Assembly (NCBI GenBank): GCA_963727805.1
Contig: CAVSHF010000003.1
Coordinates: 64,001-128,000 of the forward strand
Length of the DNA stretch: 64,000 nucleotides
Origin: an uncultured Nitrospiraceae bacterium
Lineage (GTDB): Bacteria; Nitrospirota; Thermodesulfovibrionia; Thermodesulfovibrionales; Dissulfurispiraceae
Direction: 5' to 3'
Positions 19,568 through 29,625 of this stretch are shown here, in pieces. Position numbers and translations under genes: made by a program. The notes below the pieces were generated by a model. It ran no database searches and had not been told where the DNA came from. It saw only the letters and a list, made by a program, of their open reading frames with translations. Within the stretch, counting starts at the first letter, position 1; the number at the start of each line of letters is the position of its first letter.

Positions 19568-20938
19568 TCATTTCCGCAATGATTCAGAATTTAATCTGTT
19601 TGCAATCTCTTTGTCTCGATCGTACTTGAATAATTGATGACACCCCGGAGCACACTGGCCACCGGTCTTCGTCTTGATAAAGTTGATCGGAACAAACCAA
19701 GTGCCAAATGCTACGGAATCCCGAATATGTCTAGGGTTATTTGTCGCGTGAGCGTCATGACAAGCCCGGCAGGTTCTACCTTTTTGCTTATTGACATGGA
19801 CGAAGTGAAGGTTCTCATTCCCATTTCTGAACCCCGTCATTGTTGTTGTCTTTTCGTCACTGGCAAGAGACTTTTCATGGCACATAAAACACAACTTATA
19901 ATTATTAATATTGTACGGGGCATAAAATACCGGAGGGAAAGGCTCTCGCAATAGCCTAAAATATTTTGAGCCATGTGGGTTGTGGCAGCTCGAACAGTCG
20001 TTTTCCCTTATAGGGCCATGCTTATCAGAATTCTTGCTCAGGAGCGTCTTCATATCAGCCACTTTGTAAGATTCCTTGGTGTATTCTCGGTCATGGCAGG
20101 TCAGGCAAAGATTGCCTGGCTGCATCAGAAGCAGCTTCCCGTAATTGGAATAGTGCGGATTATGACAGGCAAGGCATTTCTTTCCCATTTCCACAGCGCC
20201 GTGCTTGACCGTAACATCTGCCAGCTCTTGCTTCTTTGCGTCGTGGCAATTCAGACAGAGATCTTTTTCTGGGTCAGCAGAAAACATATATTTGTATGCT
20301 CCGCTATGCGGATTATGACATGTTACACAGCCGGCGTCCACGGGGGGATGGACCAACTTGCTTTTCTTGTACTCATCCGCCATATCTGAATGACAGGAAA
20401 AACAGAGGTTATTTCCCTCAGCTACCAGAATTTTCTTAAATGCGCTCTGGTGAGGTTCATGGCAGGCCCTGCAGTCGCCAACCGACACGGGTCCATGAAC
20501 GAATTTGCCATTCGCTATTTTCTTATCATGACACTTGAAGCAGAGATTAGATCCCTCCTGTTTAAGCTGGAATTTATTGGGTGATTGATGTGGATCATGG
20601 CACTGCGTGCATTTGCCCTCACCTACGGGCCGATGCACCGAATTCTGCGTATTGAGCTTGGCGTGACAGTTATAACAGAGGTCAGCTATATCCTTAATCT
20701 GCTCAAACTTATGCTTAGAGACCGGTTTATGACAGAAAGCACAGTCACCAGTTGCAACGGGGCCGTGTACAAACTTGTCCTTCCCTAAACTGCTATGACA
20801 TTTGTCCGTTATGCACGAATCCTTATTTGCAGTCTCGGCACAAATGCCATGTCTGACTCCTCCGAAGGCAAGAGGAAAGAGCAACCAGGCACCAGTCAAC
20901 ACAGCTAATATGAAAAATCGAAATGTATTTCTCCTCAT
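19568..20938 (-). CDS. High-molecular-weight multiheme cytochrome c (13 CxxCH + CX4CH + CX3CH)
   Basis: Motifs counted in the translation; GGAGG precedes ATG 20938. Confidence 0.92.
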   Translation of the reverse strand: MRRNTFRFFILAVLTGAWLLFPLAFGGVRHGICAETANKDSCITDKCHSSLGKDKFVHGPVATGDCAFCHKPVSKHKFEQIKDIADLCYNCHAKLNTQNSVHRPVGEGKCTQCHDPHQSPNKFQLKQEGSNLCFKCHDKKIANGKFVHGPVSVGDCRACHEPHQSAFKKILVAEGNNLCFSCHSDMADEYKKSKLVHPPVDAGCVTCHNPHSGAYKYMFSADPEKDLCLNCHDAKKQELADVTVKHGAVEMGKKCLACHNPHYSNYGKLLLMQPGNLCLTCHDREYTKESYKVADMKTLLSKNSDKHGPIRENDCSSCHNPHGSKYFRLLREPFPPVFYAPYNINNYKLCFMCHEKSLASDEKTTTMTGFRNGNENLHFVHVNKQKGRTCRACHDAHATNNPRHIRDSVAFGTWFVPINFIKTKTGGQCAPGCHQLFKYDRDKEIANRLNSESLRK

Positions 20939-21457
20939 TTTATCTATCCTCCCAAGGGAAATAACCATATGAATTTTCTTACATCATAACCGATATCTCA
21001 CAGTCCACACAATGGGCAATAAATATCGGCTATCTGCTGAACCTATTGAAAAGTCTACATATAAGATATAATTATCCCTGACAGATTTATCTTGTCGCCA
21101 TTCTCAGTGGTAACGATCGGACAGCGGAGGATGTCATGTTGGTCAGTGTGGATGGATAATTCTGATAAGAGACGATCAATATATATCGGGGTTCAAACAA
21201 TGACCAAAGATTGGAAAGCAATATCAGAGGCCAAATTATTACTGATCGGGCATGATCCAAGGCTTCAAGAGTCTGACACAATATCCGAATATGCTCTATT
21301 TGTGATTATTCTTGCACGCCGAAGCCATTATGGCCTACCCCCTTTGAACCGGTAAAGATGTAAAGTAGCATATTGCACTTTCGCCCCACCTCGCGGAGGG
21401 GTTTGTTATGAACAATATTGAGGACAAAAAGTCTTCCCCTCTCGACATGCAAGTACT

Positions 21458-22798
21458 TCATTGAAGAGATATCTCTTTCTTTGCCGAAGAGACCTCAAAA
21501 AGTCCGGTTTTGGGAAGGCCGAATCGCTTCGACAATGAACTAGGATATGGGAGATAGTTCAAGTTAGCCTGCAGAAATAATTTGCCTTTGAAATCTGTGG
21601 GGATTCTGAAATAAAACGTTTCTTTTCGGATCTCTGCTGCATTCAACCGATTATCAAAGATTATTTTCACCGCATCGTAAAAAGACAGGGTCTGTTTTCC
21701 TGCTTTATCTACAAAGACTGCATGATAGATTCGGCTCCCTCTCGGTATATCTTCGCCTAAAATCTCCCGATCGAACGGTCCTCTCCCTGCGACATCGTAT
21801 GTATCGGCTCCCGTCGTAACTGCCGGGATAGAGATTTTTTTATTCCCGCTGAAAGCCACCAGTTCTAGCCACATTTGTCTGAGTTCTTTACTACCCGATG
21901 GCATCTTGTGTCCTGTCATTGAATTATCAACAAGAACGTGGATTATTATTTCATCACCGGGAGACAAAACCGGCTTTTCTGCCTCCATTATCAGTGAGAT
22001 CGTCAACGCATTAGAAATCTGGGTTCTGGAATGAGCCCCTGGGAAACGGTGTGTATAAAGGGTTGAACGGTATTTTGCGCCAACACCAGACGTGCCGGAA
22101 GGATTAGCTGCCCACCCTGACCCGTAAATGGGTTTCCCTTCTTGTAGGAAACCTTTGAGATTCATGTGGCAGTCCTGACATTGAATACCCTTAGCCGAAA
22201 AGTCGCTGTTCTTCCACTCTGTAAAGGTAGATTTTACTTCAAGACCATAATGGTTAACCGCATTATGGCAGATACCACAAAACTCACTTTTCGTCTGCAG
22301 TTCGGAATAGACATGGTGCCAATTATTTGCTTCCTTAAGGGGACCTAACTTGCGTTCGATATTAGGATCCGATATGAAATTTCCGTTTTCCGGCACCTTT
22401 CCATCATACCCCTTTATGGTATGACAAAAATCACAGGCAACTCCGGACAGATCAGTATCTACTTGGTCTTTCGAAGTGATGAGTGCTTTGCGTTTGATTG
22501 AATCCACAGGGGAATGACACGCTATGCAATGTTTTGCCTCATAAACAACCCCCGGGTCTTTTTCAGCCTGGGGAAGAATTTCATTAAAGTATTGGGCTTG
22601 AAAAAGGGGGTCTGAAAAGGCTTTCGCATGCTGAGATTCAGAATACTGATCGAAGATGGTGTCGTGACAGTTCTGGCATGTTAGGGCTGGCAGATAATCT
22701 TTAGACCTTCCAGGGGAGTCTCCCAGCGGTTGAGCAGCCGACGTTACAATACAACAGAAAGCGCAAAGCCAAATCGTCAGAATCATCAAGGTTCTCAT
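21458..22798 (-). CDS. Pentaheme cytochrome c (c554-like N-terminal domain)
   Basis: Signal peptide; CQNCH, CIACH, CDFCH, CGICH, CQDCH; GHKMPSG. Confidence 0.9.
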   Translation of the reverse strand: MRTLMILTIWLCAFCCIVTSAAQPLGDSPGRSKDYLPALTCQNCHDTIFDQYSESQHAKAFSDPLFQAQYFNEILPQAEKDPGVVYEAKHCIACHSPVDSIKRKALITSKDQVDTDLSGVACDFCHTIKGYDGKVPENGNFISDPNIERKLGPLKEANNWHHVYSELQTKSEFCGICHNAVNHYGLEVKSTFTEWKNSDFSAKGIQCQDCHMNLKGFLQEGKPIYGSGWAANPSGTSGVGAKYRSTLYTHRFPGAHSRTQISNALTISLIMEAEKPVLSPGDEIIIHVLVDNSMTGHKMPSGSKELRQMWLELVAFSGNKKISIPAVTTGADTYDVAGRGPFDREILGEDIPRGSRIYHAVFVDKAGKQTLSFYDAVKIIFDNRLNAAEIRKETFYFRIPTDFKGKLFLQANLNYLPYPSSLSKRFGLPKTGLFEVSSAKKEISLQ

Positions 22799-22992
22799 TT
22801 TAGTGGCTCCTTACTGCATGATCTCCTCAAGCACGCCGGGTGATTGAAGTCGTCTTTATAAGAACAGCATAGCTATCATTGCCACCTCCGTCAAATCCAT
22901 TGATTCAATGATACAATAAGGGTATTACAATTTTAGCCTAATTTTTAATATCTCAACTGCGATCTCCGTCGAGAAGTATCGGGTCTGAGTTG

Positions 22993-23206
22993 ACGTCATA
23001 AAAACGTCATACATTTAGCAGAAAACAACGGAATCTATAGGAATCCATAGGAAAACTCACAACACTAAAAAAGGTTATTAAACCAGTCTGTTATGTAAAA
23101 TATTTAGGTATTTCAAGCCTCATTAAAAAACCTATCTACGTCCGCTCAAGGCTAAGACACGAGTTCGACTCCTGTTGGGACTACCACTAAAAATCAAGGA
23201 GTTAGC
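22993..23206 (+). mobile_element. att-like junction 2: arm repeats plus the 3' half of tRNA-Glu
   Basis: Colinear with junction 1 at a constant 6241-bp offset; followed by AAAATCAAGGAGTTAG and the 3' end of an integrase relic. Confidence 0.85.
23142..23186 (+). pseudogene. tRNA-Glu 3' fragment (anticodon loop to CCA), att core
   Basis: CCGCTCAAGGCTAAGACACGAGTTCGACTCCTGTTGGGACTACCA has a GTTCGA T-loop and ACCA end; no D-arm or 5' acceptor strand upstream. Confidence 0.8.
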
Positions 23207-23226
23207 CAACAACTCCTGTTTTATTT

Positions 23227-23600
23227 TCACGTCAGGTATCCAAAATGTCGCACATCCAAATAAGCCACTGCTTTTCTCAAATTATCTACGGATAAATGTG
23301 CATAGCGTTTTGTTATCCGTAAGTCCTTATAAGAGAGCAGAAGTATTAATCGTGTGCAAATTTACAGCACCAGCTTGCCTCAGGTAGCTGACGTAGGTGT
23401 GGCATAGGTCATGCCAGTGGAAAATTTGGATACCAGCGACTGTCAACACCTTCTTGAACGCACGTTGTACATTTACTGTGTGGATGGGCTTGCCGTTGAG
23501 AAGGAATACATTACCAGACGGCACAGCAACATCCCTGAGTTTCAATAATGTGCTGTACGCCTTCTCAGTGGGAGGTACAGAGTATCTGGTGTTTTATAAT
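23227..23600 (-). pseudogene. Tyrosine integrase, C-terminal relic (frameshifted)
   Basis: RAFKKVL..AGI..FHWHDLCHTYVSYLRQAG, then in another frame KDLRITKRYAHLSVDNLRKAV; HxxR degraded to HDLC. Confidence 0.85.
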
Positions 23601-23898
23601 TTCCATAGATTGTAAGACTCGCGGGCTTAAAAGACCCCTCCAATTCCTTGCTGCTAAAGGAGGGTTACATATGGTCCGTTGTTGTTAAAGTGATAATGTG
23701 CTATAGTTGCAGAAAGATGTAAATAGGAATTTTGTATATGAATTGTTAAGGATAGATGAACGACAAAGGGACAGAGTGATTATGTTTGATTACCACAGCA
23801 ATCGGTAATAGATACTCTGTCGAATTCAAATATCAGCTGTTTTTAGTAACAAATACTGGTCAAGAAATCCAGACTTTGTCCAAATTGAGGAGAGAGGC

Positions 23899-24375
23899 AT
23901 GAAAGGTCAGGACTGGCTTTTAAAGGCGATATTTTCAGAGGCTGTTAAACTTGATGACATTTCGTTTTTCAGAGAACTATTAAAGGAAGAGACATCCGAC
24001 AAAAAAATCCGGCTTCAGATGGTGAAAAGAATGATTGACAATTCAGAAGGAATGAAAAGGTACATTTATCAGGAAAAATCTATAACCCTTATGACGATGC
24101 TCGCAAGTGAGATTCACTGGCATCTCATATTTGCGGTGAACAGAAGACATGTCGGCGACAAGAAGGCACTTGTCGGATGGAATGGAAAATACAGCAGTAT
24201 ATTTAAAAAGAGCTTGGATAATTTAAAGAAAAGTCTGTTTGACCTTCGCGGAAAGTGGAAATACGGTGACCCGAATTCGGATGAAATCATTGAAGCTATG
24301 AATATGCTTGAAGATTCCGCAGAGGGAATATTGGAGGAAATAGAAGCCTATAAGACCCGAAAATCAGATGATTAA
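23899..24375 (+). CDS. Hypothetical protein
   Basis: GAGGAG RBS; 158-aa ORF with no recognised motif. Confidence 0.65.
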   Translation: MKGQDWLLKAIFSEAVKLDDISFFRELLKEETSDKKIRLQMVKRMIDNSEGMKRYIYQEKSITLMTMLASEIHWHLIFAVNRRHVGDKKALVGWNGKYSSIFKKSLDNLKKSLFDLRGKWKYGDPNSDEIIEAMNMLEDSAEGILEEIEAYKTRKSDD

Positions 24376-24653
24376 TCTGATGTTGTGGTTACCTCATGGC
24401 CTGGCAGACGATATCATTTAGCTCCACACCTTGCAAGTTTTTGAAAACAAACGTGACCTGTTGCCGTTAGGTTCTCACAGGCTATCGAAAAAGCTTATCC
24501 TGAATACACTGATGGGGACAAACGAAAAGTGTATCAGTGGTCGTTTCAACAATTCACCAAGAAATGCCATTACCATGGGACCTGTTAAAATCACCGTCTA
24601 TAATGCTCTCAACAATCCCTCCACGCGATAATCAAAGTTCTTCCGCTGTAACA

Positions 24654-25823
24654 CTAAAACGTCGGGGTAGGCATTGTGCCCCAGCCGGTTTCCTTCGGCA
24701 GATCCTTAAAAGTGAGGATAGTCAGATTATGGATATCCACGTCCACCATAAACTGAGGGACCCTTGTAGAGTTTATTGAGAAGAAATCGTATGGTTCATT
24801 GATTGTCCCATCTGAAACCCTCAGGAAAACCAGTCTTCTAACTACTCCGTGGTTCAAATCATGCGATGCATGATTAAGGACAGAATGGTGTCCCGACAAG
24901 TGACTGAAAGGGTGAAGTATCCAATCGATAAATCTGCTTATAGTAACGTGTCTATGGTAAAGTCGCCACTCATCTCCCGTATCTGCAATGAGTCCCTGCA
25001 TAATGTAATCCACGGGCATGAAATAGACAAGATACTTTTCATTATCTTTCATTTTCGTCTTCACCCCGGTCATCGAGAGGATATCATTCATTCTATGTTC
25101 CATCTTTTGCGTGTCATCCGAAAGGAGCGCAAGTGCAACTACGTTTGGACTTGTCCAGAGGGGAAGGTGCTCTAATGTATAGTACCTTAGAGCAAAGGCA
25201 CCTCCGATTGTAAATACGACAATCAGAACAAACAGTGCAATTTTCCCCATGACGCCTTCAGGAATTAAACGTCTTTCGATCTTCTTTGGCAGGAACATGC
25301 CTGTTCTTTCCATATACGATTCGTAAGTCTCCGGATGCCCTTTCAGCATTCTCCTTTCTTCGTCTTTAGAAAGGAAATAATAAATCACTATCATGATAAG
25401 CCAGAGAGGAATTACGAGGAATCTCGGCCATAGAACGGAAAGACCGATGCCCGCCATGGCCAGTCCGACGTATTGGGGGTGCCTCACAATGGAATAGAAA
25501 CCTTTTAAGGCGGTACCCTTCTTCAGGAATTTATGCGTATATACTTGCAATGCGCAAATGATAAACACAGTCGCACCCGACACAAAAAGAACTGAACCCA
25601 TTATTCGTATGAACTTCAGGAAATCATCTGGCGGTATGACCATATGCGGAAGGAAGAAAGCGCTCAGCCATTTAGTGGCGGGATACTTTGTGGTTTCAAG
25701 AAGAAATGGGTTGAACACTGAATAGAAAAATCCGGCGAACGGACTTATCATTATCAGGATTTCAAACCCGACAATAAAGTAAAGCACGATTGCGCTATTT
25801 AAAATTGCCTTAGTCTTGTTCAT
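24654..25823 (-). CDS. Isoprenylcysteine carboxyl methyltransferase-family membrane protein with a His-rich C-terminal domain
   Basis: GFYSIVRHPQY, DEERRM, Y..YM.RTGMFLP. Confidence 0.8.
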   Translation of the reverse strand: MNKTKAILNSAIVLYFIVGFEILIMISPFAGFFYSVFNPFLLETTKYPATKWLSAFFLPHMVIPPDDFLKFIRIMGSVLFVSGATVFIICALQVYTHKFLKKGTALKGFYSIVRHPQYVGLAMAGIGLSVLWPRFLVIPLWLIMIVIYYFLSKDEERRMLKGHPETYESYMERTGMFLPKKIERRLIPEGVMGKIALFVLIVVFTIGGAFALRYYTLEHLPLWTSPNVVALALLSDDTQKMEHRMNDILSMTGVKTKMKDNEKYLVYFMPVDYIMQGLIADTGDEWRLYHRHVTISRFIDWILHPFSHLSGHHSVLNHASHDLNHGVVRRLVFLRVSDGTINEPYDFFSINSTRVPQFMVDVDIHNLTILTFKDLPKETGWGTMPTPTF

Positions 25824-25965
25824 TGCAGAACCCCCTTAAAGTGTCTACACGAAGCTTTTTATTGAAAAAACTCAACAAGCCTTCAGACGAGAAAAAAATA
25901 TGTTAATGTGATCACGTTTATTGCCAGATGGATTCCTGAATGGCTCCAACTACAATTACCGGCAG

Positions 25966-26313
25966 CTAAACAAAAAGATAGCAGGTCGGAGGCTTAAGAG
26001 GAGGGTCTGACAATACTTCCAGAATAGGATCGGAAACAAATGGAATGTCGGAGTGCAGCGATGCAGGGGTTTGTGGCACAGTTACTGGGTTGCTCACATG
26101 AAAAACAAAGGCCGGATGAACGTGAGACGACTCTTTGCCGCTATCCTCCCGGCTCGATGGGTATGAGTGTTTGTGCTCCTTCATCGGGCTGCTATGGGAG
26201 ACATGGTAAGAGATGAAGGCTGATTTAGCCGCCCATCCGTGTGGGCAGGTATTCTGAATGCCGATTGCAATTACCAGGGCTGCTATCAATGCGCGAATCG
26301 ACAGGGTTAACAC
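25966..26313 (-). CDS. Small exported His/Cys protein with a Pro-rich C-terminus (DUF2946-like)
   Basis: AAGGAGG then GTG at 26313; hydrophobic N-terminus, CPHG, His-rich middle, DPPLKPP tail. Confidence 0.55.
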   Translation of the reverse strand: MLTLSIRALIAALVIAIGIQNTCPHGWAAKSAFISYHVSHSSPMKEHKHSYPSSREDSGKESSHVHPAFVFHVSNPVTVPQTPASLHSDIPFVSDPILEVLSDPPLKPPTCYLFV

Positions 26314-26576
26314 TTTAACCTCCTTTAACGCTGGATCAAAAAGCATTCCGAACTTCCAACTAAAACTGTAATATATTATAACAGCAATGGACAAGGCGTT
26401 ATCTGCAGCGGCCTTGGCCGACGGATGGCTTGACACCGAATGATGCCACCCCTGAAATCTGATTTCATCAACCACCCGCGACGGATAACGGCCATTTCCT
26501 TTATGAAAGCCAATATGGCCGGTATTGCCCAACCTGGAGCAAGCAGTGATAAGCGTTTTTACGGAAAGGTGATTCA

Positions 26577-27563
26577 TTATTTAATGAAATACTGCGATAT
26601 ATACCTTAATGCCAAAAAACATATGATGATGCCCAGGATTAGCTTAATATACTTTTGGGGGACGAACTTCTGGCACCTAGCACCAAGATATATACCTATA
26701 AAACCACCGACGCCAAATAGAAATCCAAGAGGCCAGTCAGGCATGGTAGAGACACCGCAGGAGATGGGTGCGAGTGCATAAAAAGCGACACCTGCGAAAG
26801 ATGTAATAAAAGTTCCCATGAGTGCAGCACCAGCAATCGTGTATACTGGCAGGTGAAATACAGCTACACAGAACGGCGCGATGATCGCCCCTCCGCCTAT
26901 GCCGTACGTGCCTCCGATAATGCCTACAATAAATGCGAGCACGAACATGCCGATCGTGCTGTAGGAGAAGCGTTCGCCCCAGAACTCATATTCAATCCTG
27001 GTAAATGAGACAGATATCGTCTTTACCAAAGCATCCTTTGGAAGTCCCGCCGCAACTTTTGACTTCTGCTGTTTCCTGATCTCCTCAGCTCGCTCCTTGA
27101 ATTTCTTCTCAAGGGCCTTATTTGCTGCGCCTTTTCCCTTGGCTTTGCCCGTGAATTCATACAGGAGTCTTGTTCCAATGTAAAGTAAGATGCAGCCGAC
27201 AAACAACTTGAAAGCTCTCGGATCAGGCAGACAGAGCACCCGGATGTAATAGCCAAGAAAAACACCAGGAAGCGTGCCGAGGATCACTACCCAAGTGAGG
27301 GGCCATGCCATCCGGCCTTCTTTGAGGAAGCGATAAATGCCGCTGGGGATAGCTACTATATTGAAAATAAAGTTGGTCCCACTTACCGAAGGACTCGTAA
27401 AATGCAGGAAACTCATCTGAAAGGGCAGCAGCAGAAAAGCACCAGATACTCCGCCCATCGAGGTAAAAAATGATACTATCAGGGCCACAATCGGAGGGAT
27501 AAGAACGTTGGTAGTTACTCCAGACACCGGGAACGTATAATTCAGAAACTCGAACATTGGCAT
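26577..27563 (-). CDS. TauE/SafE (TSUP) family permease
   Basis: SMGGVSGAFLLLP and GGTYGIGGGAIIAP duplicated motifs. Confidence 0.92.
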   Translation of the reverse strand: MPMFEFLNYTFPVSGVTTNVLIPPIVALIVSFFTSMGGVSGAFLLLPFQMSFLHFTSPSVSGTNFIFNIVAIPSGIYRFLKEGRMAWPLTWVVILGTLPGVFLGYYIRVLCLPDPRAFKLFVGCILLYIGTRLLYEFTGKAKGKGAANKALEKKFKERAEEIRKQQKSKVAAGLPKDALVKTISVSFTRIEYEFWGERFSYSTIGMFVLAFIVGIIGGTYGIGGGAIIAPFCVAVFHLPVYTIAGAALMGTFITSFAGVAFYALAPISCGVSTMPDWPLGFLFGVGGFIGIYLGARCQKFVPQKYIKLILGIIICFLALRYISQYFIK

Positions 27564-27664
27564 CCCCCTTTCAGCAGAATGGCATGAGGCACAGAAAAGA
27601 GTGCGTTTTCCGCTTGAGGAGTTTGCATCTTCGGCCTCCTATGTGAGCTTGGAATTGACAGCAC

Positions 27665-27719
27665 TGACACGATTTATATAATATTAGTGCTAGTATATCA
27701 GGACTCTTCATGGGTGTCA
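27665..27719. promoter_or_regulatory. Candidate operator TGACAC-N43-GTGTCA between tauE and the TOBE regulator
   Basis: Widely spaced inverted repeat around an AT-rich core in the divergent intergenic region. Confidence 0.4.
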
Positions 27720-27775
27720 AGGCAGTTTTCCTGATGAGTCGATCAAGACAAAATGCGTTTCTCTGTGAGGGATAA

Positions 27776-28867
27776 TTGAAGACCAAAGGAAAATCAACCA
27801 AGATATTGTCGGCGGTGGAAAGGCCGCCCCGCAAACGCATTATTTCCACTATTGAAGCGGACCAATTTCTGGATACAGTCGGACTCAACAGGATGGAGCA
27901 ATCTTTTCGCGGATGGGTGAATGTATCACTTCGCGCAGACGTACGCCTCGCTCGCCGGCGCATTTTGCTCATCTTTCTGTTGATACGTTACACTGGAGCC
28001 AAGCTGAATGAGGTGTCACGCCTTGACCCGTTTCACGATATCGACCATGAGAGACAATCCATCTTCTTTCGTAACGCCACCAGCGTAGAGCAAAGCGCTA
28101 GGGAAGTCCAGATCTCCGAAGCCCTTTCCCGGGAGATTAGCTCCATGCTTGACGATCCTGATTTCGCGGCGTCGATACGTGAAACTTTCAGCATAGACCC
28201 CGCCTTTGTGCGACGAAAATTCTACGAGCGGGCACAGGCGTGCGGGCTCCCGAAACGGCTGGGAGGTCCGGAGATGATCCGGAAAGCCCGGGGCACTGAA
28301 CTGATGCAGGGCAACGTGCCCCTACCGGCTGTCCAGAAGATGTTGGGACATTCGACACCCAACCTTACGTCTTCCTATATATCGTTCTCCGAAGAGGAGA
28401 TTAGACAAGTAACGAGATATTTCATGGAAAAGGAATCATCCCGAAAGACAAGTGCACGAAACTTCTTTTTTGGAAAGATCCAGGTAATTAAACGCGGCGA
28501 TATACAGAGTCAGGTAGAGTTGGTCACAGTTGAGGGTTATCAGATCACCACAATAATCACCAATGACAGCATGGGGCGACTCGGTTTGAAAGTAGGGAAC
28601 CTGATAACGGCCGAAGTGAAAGCGCCATGGGTCATTTTGCAAAAAGGTGGTATAGAGCCTGAAAGTTCAGCAGACAATAGATTCAAGGGTATCGTAGAAA
28701 AGGTCAGCAACGGAGCGGTCAACACGGAGTACGTTGTGCGCATATCAGATCGAATTGAGCTATGCTCTGTTGTCAGCACAGAAAGCAGCGAGCTACTCGA
28801 TCTTAAGAAGGGCGATACTATTTGGGTCCTATTCAATTGTTATTCAGTGGTATTGCATGTTGATTGA
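27776..28867 (+). CDS. TunR-like regulator: tyrosine-recombinase-like domain plus two TOBE (Mo/W-binding) domains
   Basis: RYTGAKLNE, VQKMLGHS, TSSY; TSARN and SADN TOBE motifs. Confidence 0.88.
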   Translation: MKTKGKSTKILSAVERPPRKRIISTIEADQFLDTVGLNRMEQSFRGWVNVSLRADVRLARRRILLIFLLIRYTGAKLNEVSRLDPFHDIDHERQSIFFRNATSVEQSAREVQISEALSREISSMLDDPDFAASIRETFSIDPAFVRRKFYERAQACGLPKRLGGPEMIRKARGTELMQGNVPLPAVQKMLGHSTPNLTSSYISFSEEEIRQVTRYFMEKESSRKTSARNFFFGKIQVIKRGDIQSQVELVTVEGYQITTIITNDSMGRLGLKVGNLITAEVKAPWVILQKGGIEPESSADNRFKGIVEKVSNGAVNTEYVVRISDRIELCSVVSTESSELLDLKKGDTIWVLFNCYSVVLHVD

Positions 28868-29219
28868 AGAACAGTTGCTTATGCCATAAGTTCGGTAGGC
28901 GGTACAGCTTATTGCGTTAGTGATGGGTCCCAAATAGAATTATTGCAGCGGAGAGACACGAACAGCTCCGCTCTCGAGCTGGTAGAAACGTTGAGCAATA
29001 AGCCGTATCCCTAAAAATGCTGATTATAAGTCGCACACGATGGCGGGCGCTAGCAATATGTCGGTTGCATGTTACGTCGTGTAGTCTTCTAGTAATAAGA
29101 CGTGATTCCTCGCTTCGGCAAGATTCGATCAGTTTACGCCAGCTCTACTCATAATTGAGAGGTGCACACGCCAAGATGAAGACGCTATGTTCCAAAATAT
29201 AATTCATACGGGCTAACTC

Positions 29220-29570
29220 TTAACACTTCCCGCAGACAGATCCCAGGTCCTTGCCGCGACGGAATTTCTCAAGCCTTTCTTTGTCCTTCTGAACTCCTTC
29301 CCCATTGGCCCTCTCTAGTACGGAAATCACCAGAAATCTTCTGAAGATATCTGATTCGTCGAGACGATAATGAATCCATTTACCGTGTTTTGTGTCCTTT
29401 ACCAAGCCCGCATCCTTCAGTGTTGCAAGATGGAAGGAGACCTTCGGCTGAACAATATCAAGAGCGGCAACGATTTCGCAAACGCAAAGTTCACCATGTT
29501 CGAGAAGTTTGAGTATCCTGAGTCTCGTCTCGTCGGTAAGGGCCTTAAAAACTTGTATCATATCCTGCAT
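29220..29570 (-). CDS. arsR: ArsR/SmtB repressor
   Basis: FKALTDETRLRIL, ELCVCE As(III)-binding box; divergent from acr3. Confidence 0.92.
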   Translation of the reverse strand: MQDMIQVFKALTDETRLRILKLLEHGELCVCEIVAALDIVQPKVSFHLATLKDAGLVKDTKHGKWIHYRLDESDIFRRFLVISVLERANGEGVQKDKERLEKFRRGKDLGSVCGKC

Positions 29571-29607
29571 TCTCTTTGAAAACCTCCGCAATGATCGTAT
29601 AATCTTA

Positions 29608-29625
29608 GATATATTTAAATATATC
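29608..29625. promoter_or_regulatory. Perfect 18-bp palindrome, candidate ArsR operator
   Basis: GATATATTTAAATATATC upstream of arsR; a second palindrome TCATATATATGA follows TTGACA (29700) on the acr3 side. Confidence 0.45.

Noticed and set aside
23110..23186. Intact tRNA-Glu gene
   Set aside because: Only the anticodon-to-CCA half is present, the T-stem is mismatched, and there is no D-arm or 5' acceptor strand; treated as an att fragment
26314..26577. 5' part of the 203-aa ORF 25966..26577
   Set aside because: A strong RBS with GTG at 26313 marks a better start; the upstream part looks non-coding
27776..28400. Active integrase for the islands
   Set aside because: Catalytic R and HxxR positions are altered and it is fused to TOBE domains, matching a regulator
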